Source: a virus
Taxonomy: Duplodnaviria > Caudoviricetes
IMG/VR virus record: IMGVR_UViG_3300017766_003544
Location: 1 to 35,774 of that record
DNA: 35,774 bases
Reading direction: 5' to 3' (one strand)
Each line of letters starts with the position of its first letter. The stretch's first letter is position 1. This document shows positions 25,130 through 33,192 of this stretch, piece after piece. The position numbers were made by a program, and so were the translations under genes. Below the pieces are notes generated by a model. That model searched no databases. It was not told the DNA's origin and saw only the letters and a program-made list of their open reading frames with translations.

Positions 25130-25932
25130 GGGATCGGCGGGGATTTGAAGTGGGCTTCGACGCGTTGCATGACGCGTCCGGTGCTGTTCATGCTGAGGAG
25201 GGCTTGGCGGGTGGTGCCTTCTTCTTCGATGAGGAGGAGGGGCTTGGTGCTGAGGAGGGCGCGCTTCAGGTGGGCGCGGCAGTTTAGAGCATCATAGACC
25301 TGCACCATGGGGTGGAGGGGATCAGTATCCTCCAGATGCAGGCGGCGTGGATCAGTGGCTGTGGGGGCGCGGCGGGTGAGGTGGTTGGCGGCTTCGAGGT
25401 GGGTGGTGAGATCGGCCCGAAGGAGGGCGTAACCCATGGCCGGGAAGGTGTAGAGGTGAGCGCCTGCCGAGCCGGTGATGCGGATGACGGGGATGCCGCA
25501 GCCTGCGAGGGCGGCACAAAGGGCGAGGTCGGAGGTGGTGTGGTGCTCGATGCCGAACCAGTCTTTGACGGTGCCTGCGCGATAGATGAGCATCTGGCCT
25601 GCGGCGGTGCTGCGGAGGTGATGGGTGATGCCGCGCATCTGCCAGTCCATGAGGCGGTCGTAGTTATGCTGGCCGCGCATCATGACGCAGAGCGGGTGCA
25701 TGGGCTCTTTGTGATCGAGCGTGCCTTTTTCCCAGAGCGGGGCGCAGTCGAGCGTGAGGTGCTGATACTGCGGGCGAAGGCTGGGGCCGCTGAAGAGAAA
25801 CTGCGTGTGGAGCTTGGCTCCGGCTTTGCTACTCTGGATGAGGTCGGCTTTGAATTTGAAGCCGAGGGCGATGAGACAGGCGGCGAGCTTGGTGTTGCTG
25901 ACAGCGACCTGTGCTGCGGGTGCGGGGGACAT
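25114..25932 (-). CDS. Hypothetical protein with internal duplication
   Basis: Two repeats: SNTKLAACLIALGF...EPMHPL and TSDLALCAALAGCGI...DPLHPM. Confidence 0.65.
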   Translation of the reverse strand: MSPAPAAQVAVSNTKLAACLIALGFKFKADLIQSSKAGAKLHTQFLFSGPSLRPQYQHLTLDCAPLWEKGTLDHKEPMHPLCVMMRGQHNYDRLMDWQMRGITHHLRSTAAGQMLIYRAGTVKDWFGIEHHTTSDLALCAALAGCGIPVIRITGSAGAHLYTFPAMGYALLRADLTTHLEAANHLTRRAPTATDPRRLHLEDTDPLHPMVQVYDALNCRAHLKRALLSTKPLLLIEEEGTTRQALLSMNSTGRVMQRVEAHFKSPPIPWTQP

Positions 25933-25995
25933 GAGGGGATCGGCGGGGAGATGGACCGCGCCCCTTCATGCGGGGCGCGGTTGGGAGGTCGGTGG

Positions 25996-26442
25996 TTAGA
26001 CCGCGATCTCGGGGTAGTAGGACATCGGGACGGTGACGACTGGCACCTTCTCCGAGGAGGTCTCACGCTTCACTTCCTTCACCATAAGGAGCTTGGCGGC
26101 ATCGCGGGAGAAGCCGTGGATGGTGACGCCGGAGGCGGCGAACTGGGCGCAGGTGACGGCCTGGCCGGGATAGACGGCGGCGAGGCCAGCGGCGAGGCCG
26201 TTGGAGTCGGGGACGATCTCGCCCTTGAGTTCGATGTCGAGGGCCTTCTTGTAGGTCTGCACCTGGACGATCTGGGCATAGGAGCCATTGTTGCCGGTGG
26301 CTCCGTTGATGTGGCCTTCCTTCTCCTTGATGTTCACGCGGGGCGTGAAGGAGCAGTCGGTGACGAGGAGGCCGGTGTCGTCGAACTCTTTGAGGTCGTA
26401 GCCTGGGAGGGTGCCTTGGGTCTGGAGGGGGTCGAAGGGCAT
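25996..26442 (-). CDS. Putative major tail tube protein
   Basis: 148 aa, beta-rich, upstream of the chaperone genes and followed by a GC hairpin. Confidence 0.55.
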   Translation of the reverse strand: MPFDPLQTQGTLPGYDLKEFDDTGLLVTDCSFTPRVNIKEKEGHINGATGNNGSYAQIVQVQTYKKALDIELKGEIVPDSNGLAAGLAAVYPGQAVTCAQFAASGVTIHGFSRDAAKLLMVKEVKRETSSEKVPVVTVPMSYYPEIAV

Positions 26443-26490
26443 GGGAGTGGGGAGTGGAGGATGTGGAGGAGGCCTAACACTGGATGTGAC

Positions 26491-26976
26491 TCAGGGGGCG
26501 ACTGCGGCGGCGGTGCCTCGGAGGGCGGCGGCTTTGAAGATACATTTAGTGGTGCTCTTCGCGACGAGGACGGGGCAGGGATACCAGCCGGTGGTGATGT
26601 CAGCCGTGGGAGCGATACCACCTGCGGTGCCGCTGAGGGCATAGACGGGGGCGGACATGGAAAGGGTGGCTCCGAGGGTGAGGTCGTCATCCTCCGTGAT
26701 GTAGATGACGGGCTGGCCGGAGGCGGCGGCACTGGCTGCGATGGCGACGACGCTGGCGGTGGTGGCGGAGGCATTGGCATCGGCGAGCTTCCAGGTGCCT
26801 GCGGTGCTGTCGTAGTAGAGGAGCTGGCCGATGGTGATGGCAGCACCGGCAGTGCCGATCTGCTTTTTCGCGTTGGCACCAGGGACGAAGCTGGTGGTGG
26901 TGATGCTGAGATCGGCAGCACTGGCGATGCAGGCGGCGAAGACGAGAAGGAGGGCAAGGAGGTTTTTCATGGTCAT
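26491..26976 (-). CDS. Capsid decoration/cement-like protein with signal-peptide-like N-terminus
   Basis: AGAAITIGQLLYYD....WKLADA....VVAIA..AAASGQPV motif. N-terminus MKNLLALLLVFAACIASA. Confidence 0.6.
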   Translation of the reverse strand: MTMKNLLALLLVFAACIASAADLSITTTSFVPGANAKKQIGTAGAAITIGQLLYYDSTAGTWKLADANASATTASVVAIAASAAASGQPVIYITEDDDLTLGATLSMSAPVYALSGTAGGIAPTADITTGWYPCPVLVAKSTTKCIFKAAALRGTAAAVAP

Positions 26977-26993
26977 GGTTCGGCGGATGTCAA

Positions 26994-27491
26994 TCACGCT
27001 GGGCGGGAGACGTGGAGGTGCAGGCGCATGGTGAGGGAGTAGAGGACGGAGCGGGAGGCGGAGTCTGGCCGCATGAGGGGGGCCTGCCCCTCGTGGATGA
27101 CTTTGAGGATGGACCAGCCATCGCGGCGGGTGCTATCAAGCGCGGAGAGCCAGGTCTGGAAGGCATCGGCATCACGGAGACGGGACTCGATGGCGGCCAT
27201 GATGGCGGAGGCGGTGGTGCGGGTGGTCTGGTTTTCGTTGGCGGCGGCTCCGGCCTCCTCCGACTTCGCCCAGGTGCAGAGGACGGGGTTGAGGGTGATC
27301 TCACGGCGGGAGCTGGACTTCACAGACTCCTCTTTGGCGGTGATGATGATGACGGGCCGGGTGGGCTCGGCGATGCCGTCCATGAGTTCCTTGGCGATGG
27401 CGGCATCAGCCTTCCCGGTGGCGGTGTCTTCGAGATACTCGCGGAAGAGATCGGCGATGAGTAGATCGATGGTGGTGGTGTCGAGGGTCAT
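26994..27491 (-). CDS. Putative tail terminator protein
   Basis: Size, position and PTRPVIII motif. Assigned by synteny. Confidence 0.5.
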   Translation of the reverse strand: MTLDTTTIDLLIADLFREYLEDTATGKADAAIAKELMDGIAEPTRPVIIITAKEESVKSSSRREITLNPVLCTWAKSEEAGAAANENQTTRTTASAIMAAIESRLRDADAFQTWLSALDSTRRDGWSILKVIHEGQAPLMRPDSASRSVLYSLTMRLHLHVSRPA

Positions 27492-27835
27492 AGGGGGGCG
27501 GCGGCTTCGATGACCCAGGCGGGGGAGTGGTCGTCAAAGCCGGTGAGGCTGACGAGGTTGTATTTGCGGCCATTGTGCTCGAGGGCATCGAGATCCACAG
27601 CGGGCTGGCGGGGGAGGGTGGCGATGCCTGCGCCGGTCTTTTTGGGGACGTGGCAGCGGAGGGTGCGGGTGTGCTCGGTGCCGTATTCGTCGGACTTGGC
27701 TTTGTTGTCGCCACTGCTCACGGTGCAGCCTTTGACGAGGTGACGGGTGCTGCCGAAGATGAAGGTGAGGTCGGCGCGGAAGGGGCTGGCGGCCATGCCA
27801 CGGGCGACGGCGGCGGCGAAGGTGGCGGGGCTCAT
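27488..27835 (-). CDS. Putative head-closure / head-tail joining protein
   Basis: 115 aa, beta-rich with LEHNGRKYNL. Assigned by synteny. Confidence 0.55.
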   Translation of the reverse strand: MSPATFAAAVARGMAASPFRADLTFIFGSTRHLVKGCTVSSGDNKAKSDEYGTEHTRTLRCHVPKKTGAGIATLPRQPAVDLDALEHNGRKYNLVSLTGFDDHSPAWVIEAAAPL

Positions 27836-28071
27836 GAGGGGAGGGACTGGCCGGGGGTGCCGAGGAGGCGGTTGGCGAGGCGGATGAGGGCGATGGCGAG
27901 GGTCTGGTTGTTGGCGACGTGGTCGGCTTGAAGGTTGGGCTCGTCACCGGGGATGCTTTGATCGGTGAGGTGGAGGGCGGTGATCTGGATGTCTCTGGTG
28001 GCCTCGACGATGCGGAAGCGGCGGAGAGCGGAGTCGGCTTCGGGTGGCGTGGTTTCTTCGAGGACAGTCAT
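27832..28071 (-). CDS. Hypothetical protein
   Basis: 79 aa, preceded by the TTGACA motif, ATGA overlap downstream. Confidence 0.55.
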   Translation of the reverse strand: MTVLEETTPPEADSALRRFRIVEATRDIQITALHLTDQSIPGDEPNLQADHVANNQTLAIALIRLANRLLGTPGQSLPS

Positions 28072-28087
28072 GGTGGAAAGGGGGTGT

Positions 28088-28130
28088 CAAAGAAGAAGCC
28101 GCACCCCCCAACCAAAAGGGGTGCGGCTTC
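28088..28130 (-). terminator. Hairpin/terminator
   Basis: 13-bp stem GAAGCCGCACCCC/GGGGTGCGGCTTC followed by TTCTTT on the minus strand. Confidence 0.6.
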
Positions 28131-28180
28131 GTGCGGTCCATTGACCACACCAACAAACCTGGAGGAAGCCAGGGAAGGGG

Positions 28181-28369
28181 TTACTTGGGAGAGGGGATGT
28201 CAATCGTCCGCGAGAGGTAGGCGATGTGGGTGCTGGTGCCTGCGATGGGGACGATGGTGATGACACGCCAGTCGGCGAGGGCGGCGGTGGTGAGCTGGTC
28301 GGCGAGTTTTTCAGGCTCGGCGATGCGGTGCGCGTATTCGGTGGTGGTCTTTGTGAATGGTTTTGCCAT
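28181..28369 (-). CDS. Small hypothetical protein
   Basis: MAKPFTKTTTEY..., 62 aa, after the capsid terminator. Confidence 0.5.
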   Translation of the reverse strand: MAKPFTKTTTEYAHRIAEPEKLADQLTTAALADWRVITIVPIAGTSTHIAYLSRTIDIPSPK

Positions 28370-28376
28370 AAGTGTG

Positions 28377-28405
28377 AAAAAGCCCGCTGGGGACACCAGC
28401 GGGCT
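28377..28405 (-). terminator. Intrinsic terminator after the major capsid gene
   Basis: AGCCCGCTGG-loop-CCAGCGGGCT followed by TTTT on the minus strand. Confidence 0.8.
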
Positions 28406-28429
28406 CGGGGTGGGATGTTGCGGCGTTGA

Positions 28430-29593
28430 TTAGCCGAGGAGGGTGGCGACGAAGTCCGACTTCCAGACCTTGGCCTGGTAGAGGCAGGTGAAGTCGAGCA
28501 TGTTCATGCCGTAGCCTTTGTAGAGGGCGACTTCGAAGACGAGGCCGGTGACATCGTCCACGATGGTCATGCGGTCGGAGGCGGAGTCGCCACCATACGG
28601 CATGGCAGGGGGACGCATGACCAGCTCGACGGCGGAGCGATGGAAGCCGAGGTTGGCGGTGTAGGAGTCGCCGATGGTGATCTCGGAGGAGGTGGTGCCT
28701 GCGACGCGGAGACCGGGGTTGTTGATGACAATATCGCCGGAGGTGGCGGTGCTGCCGGTTTTGACGACGTATTTGTTCGCCGTGTCGGTGTCCATGGCGA
28801 TGACGTCGCCAGCTTTGATGCCGGTGGTGTTGACGGTGCCGCCCTCGAAGGAGAGGGTGGTCTGGCCGATGGCTTCGGAGCCGCTGAAGTCGTAGCCGGT
28901 GCCTGCGCCCTTGGTGTGGGACTGGACGCCAGCGGAGGCCTTGATGGACATGCCCATGAGGTTGAGCAGTTCACCACGGCGGAGGAGGGCGTCGCTGCCC
29001 GCTTCGTTGGCCTTGTAGAGGTTGGCGATCTGGCGGAGCTTGGTGCCTGCGCTGGTGGAGATGATGGTGGAGAGTTCGCCATCTCTCATCGGTGCGCCGT
29101 TGTCTTCGAGGATCTGGCGGAGATCAGCGAGGATAGCGATGGTGGAGGCGAAGGGCGTGGTGCCTGCGGTGCCGACGGCGCGGGAGCTGCCTTTGTAGAT
29201 GACCGTGCCGCAGTGGGCTTCGATGGTGTTGACGATCTTACGGATGGCCTGGACCATCATGTCGTCGATGACTTTCTGGCCTGCGGTGTTGCCGAGCTGG
29301 CGGAGAGCCTCGCCGGTGAGAGGGACGCGGACGTTGGCGACCTGGCCGATGGTCATGCTTTCCGTGGTGACGGTCTGATCGTCTGCCGCCGGGATGGTCA
29401 TCGCGGGGGTGTAGGACGTGTTCAGGGTGGGCTCGGCGGTGACGTGGCTGAGGACGGTGCCGTTGATGGAGACGCCTTCGGAGCCGGAGTTCACGAGGAC
29501 GGACTGGATGAAGCCGGTGGGCTCACGGGCGATGATGTCTTTGGCGCGGAAGATGTTTTCCGTGAGGGCGGTGAGAGTGAGGGTATTGCTCAT
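28430..29593 (-). CDS. Major capsid protein (P22 coat-like)
   Basis: 387 aa after the protease gene. Motifs LRQILEDNGAP, LRRGELLNLMG, ANLGFHRSAVELVMRPP and GLVFEVALY. Confidence 0.85.
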   Translation of the reverse strand: MSNTLTLTALTENIFRAKDIIAREPTGFIQSVLVNSGSEGVSINGTVLSHVTAEPTLNTSYTPAMTIPAADDQTVTTESMTIGQVANVRVPLTGEALRQLGNTAGQKVIDDMMVQAIRKIVNTIEAHCGTVIYKGSSRAVGTAGTTPFASTIAILADLRQILEDNGAPMRDGELSTIISTSAGTKLRQIANLYKANEAGSDALLRRGELLNLMGMSIKASAGVQSHTKGAGTGYDFSGSEAIGQTTLSFEGGTVNTTGIKAGDVIAMDTDTANKYVVKTGSTATSGDIVINNPGLRVAGTTSSEITIGDSYTANLGFHRSAVELVMRPPAMPYGGDSASDRMTIVDDVTGLVFEVALYKGYGMNMLDFTCLYQAKVWKSDFVATLLG

Positions 29594-29636
29594 GATGTTA
29601 GGCGGGGTCTCTGGGTGAGGGTGTCAACGTGGAGGG

Positions 29637-30659
29637 TTAGGCGGTGAGCTTGCCACCGGACTTCATGAAGGCGCTGCGCTCGGAGTGATCGAGGGCCTCG
29701 AACTCGGCGCGGGTGAGGGCTTTTGGGGCGGGCGTGGTGCCGGGAGTGGGGACGGGGGAGCCTGCGCCTGCGGAGCCTGCGGGGCCGTTTTTGATGAGGG
29801 CTTCGAGGGCTTCGATCTTGGCGGTGAGGGGCTTGGTGGCGTTCGTCACCAGGCCGTCGAAGTGGGCTTTGGTTTCGGGGTCTTCGAGGTTGAGTTCGAG
29901 TTTCTGCGGGGCGGGCTTGTGGGCGGCGCAGGCGGCGACGATCTGGTCTTCGGTTTCGTCACCTTTGAGGGCGACGCCGACGAGGGTGGCGAGGGCGAGG
30001 ATGGCTTTCATGTTTTTGGGTAGGGAGGGAGCGGTGGGCTTCGAGTCGCTGCGGGTGTCAAACAGGGCGGCGGGGAGCATGGTGAATTTGCTGGCCCACT
30101 GAGGCTTGAAGGCGGTGGCTTTGGTGCCTTTGATGAGTTCGTCGGCGAAGCCTGCGTCGATGGCTTCCTGGCCGAAGAACCAGGTGCCCATCTCGGCCTT
30201 CATGAGGTCGCGGATCTCGGCTTCGTCTTTTTTGGTGCGCTCGACGTAGATGGCGACGATGCGGTCTTCGAATTGTTTGATGACGGCGGCGGCGGCGGCC
30301 ATGTCGTCGTGATTGCCTGCGGCTCCGCCGGTGACGCGGTGGATCATGACGCGGCCATGCTCGGCGATTTTGATTTTGCTGGCGGCGAGCATGATGACGG
30401 AGGCCATGCTGGCGGCGGTGCCGGTGATGTGGGCGGTGACGGGGATGCCGAGGGACTTGATGGCATCGAAGATGGTGAAGCCGTCTTCGACGGAGCCGCC
30501 GGGGCTGTCGATATTCAGGGTGAGGCTCTGGACGCCGGTGAGGGTGCGGAGCTGGGCGACGAAGTCTTTGGCGGTGACGCCCCAGAAGCCGATTTCATCG
30601 AAGATGTCGATGGTGGCATTGCCGGAGGCGGAGTTGATGAGCTTGAACCAGGTGGACAT
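29637..30659 (-). CDS. ClpP-type head maturation protease fused to scaffold
   Basis: IDSPGGSV, GTAASMASVI, VMIH, TWF...EAIDAGFAD. Low-complexity C-terminal scaffold ending FMKSGGKLTA. Confidence 0.92.
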   Translation of the reverse strand: MSTWFKLINSASGNATIDIFDEIGFWGVTAKDFVAQLRTLTGVQSLTLNIDSPGGSVEDGFTIFDAIKSLGIPVTAHITGTAASMASVIMLAASKIKIAEHGRVMIHRVTGGAAGNHDDMAAAAAVIKQFEDRIVAIYVERTKKDEAEIRDLMKAEMGTWFFGQEAIDAGFADELIKGTKATAFKPQWASKFTMLPAALFDTRSDSKPTAPSLPKNMKAILALATLVGVALKGDETEDQIVAACAAHKPAPQKLELNLEDPETKAHFDGLVTNATKPLTAKIEALEALIKNGPAGSAGAGSPVPTPGTTPAPKALTRAEFEALDHSERSAFMKSGGKLTA

Positions 30660-30695
30660 ACGCCGGGGGGCGGATGTCAAAGGGGGAGGGACTCT

Positions 30696-30722
30696 ATTGA
30701 CGGGATTGACCGGATTGACGGG
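30696..30722 (+). repeat. Nonamer tandem repeat x3
   Basis: ATTGACGGG ATTGACCGG ATTGACGGG, intergenic. A comparable AGGTCAGTG repeat lies at 10567-10590. Confidence 0.6.
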
Positions 30723-32318
30723 TCAATCGTTCGCGGCGAGGTCGGCGGCGATGGTGTCGGGGGTGAGGGTGGCGGCTAGGCCGGACATGGCCTGGAGCTG
30801 GATGGGGTCGATGGCGAGGAGGGTGGCGATGGAGGCGGGGATCTTGACGAACTCGGGCTTGATGCCGGTGGCGCGGGCGATGGCGTAGCGGACGTCGTCG
30901 AGCTTTTCGTCGATGCGGGCATGGCGGACGCTGAGGCCGCTGCCGCCGGTGCGGCTTTCGACGTAGTCTTCCATGGTGCCTGCATTGGCGCGGAGGCGCT
31001 CCATGTCGGCGCGGTGGTCGCGGCCCAGATCGACGCTGGGGTCGGGATCGGTCACGAAGTCGATCTCATTCCAGTCGGCGACGGTGGCGAACTGGGCGAG
31101 GGCTCCGCCGGGCATCATGGCATCAGCGATGACCCATTCCCATGTCCACTGGAGGAAGGGGTAGAGGAGGGCGCGGAGGTTTTCGTGGGCGCGGCGGACT
31201 TTTTCAATGACGCCTCGGAAGGCAGTGCCGCCGAGGGAGCCCATGCTGAAGATCCACTCCACGGGGTAGCCGAGGCCGAAGACGAAGGGGTTCGTCAGCT
31301 CTTCGAGGATCTGCTTGAAGGGGATGGCTTCGCCGCCCTGGAAGAAGTTCATGGTTTCGCCATCGGCGAGTGGGATCATGACGGCACCATCGGCGATCTC
31401 CATGAAGCGTTTCCCTGTATCGGTGGCGGGGGTGCCGGTCTTTTCGGCGGCGTGGGCGGCCTGCATGGCGTTCGGCACTTTTCCATCGCGGGTGGTGGTG
31501 GCACCTAACAAGGCGGAGCGAATTTTCGCGGCGTGCTTGCGGATGGCTTTGAGGTCGAGGACGTCGAGGAGGTCTTTGTTGGACCGGAAGACGAAGGGGA
31601 TGCCGTGGTATTGATTGAAGCGGATGTTTTCCTTGAGGTGGAAGACGTTGGCGGCGGGGACGGGGAGCGTCTTGGGATTGCTGCCGAGGGTGGTGTCGTC
31701 GGTGATGACGCGGAGGGTGAGGAGCTGGTCGAGGGCGTTGTATTGGAGGCCATCAATCCAGCGGCCTGTTTTGGCGTCGAGGGTGGTGAGTCCGTTGTTG
31801 GTGAGCTGATCGCGCAGGAGGGTCTGGAGCTGGAGGCGGCGGCGGGATTTGTCGGCGAGGGTCCAGTCGGCGGTGAGGGGGGTGTTGTCGGCGACCTTTT
31901 GAACGAAGGCTTCGCCATCTCCGAGGATGGCGGAGAGCCAGCGGGACTGGAGCTCGAAGAGGGTGCCTTCTTTGCGGAGATCGACGGCGCGGGAGGTGGC
32001 CCAGGCTTTGTAGAGGGCGGTGGCGGCAGCGCGGAACTCGGGGTTGGCGGAGATGGACTTGAGGCCGATGCCTTTGCCGATGGCTTCTTTGGGGAGGGCG
32101 GTGATGCAGTAGCCGACGACGGGGATTTCTTCCTGGAGAAAGCGGCTGATCTGGACGCGGTCTCGGGACTTTGCCATGCCTTCGAGCTGCTTGGATGACC
32201 ATGCCTGATAGGTGGGCAGGGTGCGGTAGCTGCCGGTGCTGGCGGGGAGCGCGGCATTGACGATGGGGGCGGCGGGGGCGCGGGATGTGACGCGGCGTGT
32301 GGATGCTTTTTTTGCCAT
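30723..32318 (-). CDS. Portal protein (lambda family)
   Basis: 531 aa. Motifs IGKGI, DGEAF, VFHL...RFNQYHGIP and SVDLGRD. Position fits. Confidence 0.88.
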   Translation of the reverse strand: MAKKASTRRVTSRAPAAPIVNAALPASTGSYRTLPTYQAWSSKQLEGMAKSRDRVQISRFLQEEIPVVGYCITALPKEAIGKGIGLKSISANPEFRAAATALYKAWATSRAVDLRKEGTLFELQSRWLSAILGDGEAFVQKVADNTPLTADWTLADKSRRRLQLQTLLRDQLTNNGLTTLDAKTGRWIDGLQYNALDQLLTLRVITDDTTLGSNPKTLPVPAANVFHLKENIRFNQYHGIPFVFRSNKDLLDVLDLKAIRKHAAKIRSALLGATTTRDGKVPNAMQAAHAAEKTGTPATDTGKRFMEIADGAVMIPLADGETMNFFQGGEAIPFKQILEELTNPFVFGLGYPVEWIFSMGSLGGTAFRGVIEKVRRAHENLRALLYPFLQWTWEWVIADAMMPGGALAQFATVADWNEIDFVTDPDPSVDLGRDHRADMERLRANAGTMEDYVESRTGGSGLSVRHARIDEKLDDVRYAIARATGIKPEFVKIPASIATLLAIDPIQLQAMSGLAATLTPDTIAADLAAND

Positions 32319-32321
32319 GGT

Positions 32322-32654
32322 CTAACCGAGGATGTCGGCGGGTGTGCCGAGGAATTTAAAGCCGAAGGGTTTGGCGAACTGGGTGGCGGTGGCTCCGTCG
32401 ATGACGGCTTCGACGTGCTCGATGGCTTTGCGGAGGGCGTGGCGGCGATCTTCGGGCGTGGAGGCGCGGAACTGGGCGGCGTGGGAGTTGCCGCTGAAGG
32501 AAGTGCTGGTGATCTCGGCTCCGCTGCGGTCTAGGGCATCAGCCTGGTAGAGTTCGGTGAGCCAGGTGAGCTGGGCGGCATTGCTCGACGGGTGCAGGAT
32601 GCGGGCCTCGAAGAGGTAGTCATCGGTGAGGTCGGAGATGGAGACGGCGGGCAT
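32322..32654 (-). CDS. Head completion protein (gpW position)
   Basis: Small ORF between terL and portal. Assigned by synteny. Confidence 0.55.
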   Translation of the reverse strand: MPAVSISDLTDDYLFEARILHPSSNAAQLTWLTELYQADALDRSGAEITSTSFSGNSHAAQFRASTPEDRRHALRKAIEHVEAVIDGATATQFAKPFGFKFLGTPADILG

Positions 32655-32720
32655 CGACACCGGGGGGTGTCAAAGGATGCGGGCTCGCAAAGCGGGTGCG
32701 TGTTTCTGGTTTGGGGGTGA

Positions 32721-32757
32721 CTATCTGGAAACTTGTTCTGGATAATCACTGTTCAGC
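32721..32757 (+). other. attI: attI-like recombination site B (crossover G|TT at 32751/32752)
   Basis: CTATCTGGAAACTTGTTCTGGATAATCACTGTTCAGC, 32/34 identical to site A. GTTCAGCAAAAT is the exact complement of ATTTTGCTGAAC at attC5. Confidence 0.8.
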
Positions 32758-33094
32758 AAAATACGAGCGCCTCGCCCTTCTCGGCGGTTGCTTCCATGTC
32801 GTCCGCGAGTTCGAGCGCGTTTTGTTTGTCGTGACCGTCGGGCCAGTCCGCCACGAGTTCGCGGAGTCTCGGCGCGACACGCTTGCATTCCTCTGGCGTC
32901 ATTTCGCCTTCGCAGTCGGAGTGCATGAGCAGCGGCGCGATGCCGTCGGTGATTTTGTGCCACGGTCTTTCCGGTGGCCCGAAGCCCGCCATCTCGCGGA
33001 GGTTCATACCGATTTCCGCAGCGAGCCGACACCGGAAGGCGTTGAAGCCGGAGTATGACCACTGCGCGTTTGATTGTCTGAATGCTAGTCCCAT
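32753..33094 (-). CDS. Cassette 5 hypothetical phage protein (HSDCEGE motif)
   Basis: MGLAF...WSYSGFNAFR.RLA...LLMHSDCEGEM. The TGA stop overlaps the core site. Confidence 0.78.
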   Translation of the reverse strand: MGLAFRQSNAQWSYSGFNAFRCRLAAEIGMNLREMAGFGPPERPWHKITDGIAPLLMHSDCEGEMTPEECKRVAPRLRELVADWPDGHDKQNALELADDMEATAEKGEALVFC

Positions 33095-33100
33095 AATTTT

Positions 33101-33192
33101 GCTGAACAAGACGCTGGACCGAAAGTGGCGGGCCGCGTCATTTTTGTTTTCGTGAGTTGCCGACCGCCACTTCGGTCAGCTTTTCGTTAAAT
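33101..33192 (+). other. attC: attC site 5 (92 bp)
   Basis: R'' GCTGAAC, 5 nt, GCT(G)GACCGAA(A)GTGGCGG ... CCGCCACTTCGGTCAGC, 5 nt, R' GTTAAAT. R' overlaps the terL TAA stop. Confidence 0.92.

Noticed and set aside
26472-26478. GCCTAAC resembling an attC R'' box (also GTTAGGC at 29597 and 29636)
   Set aside because: No L boxes, no hairpin and no properly spaced partner.
32721-33062. 113-aa ORF ending NSDYPEQVSR, like the cassette 1 protein
   Set aside because: Alternative frame. The shared tail only reflects the attI repeat, and the overlapping 32753-33094 frame is far more protein-like.
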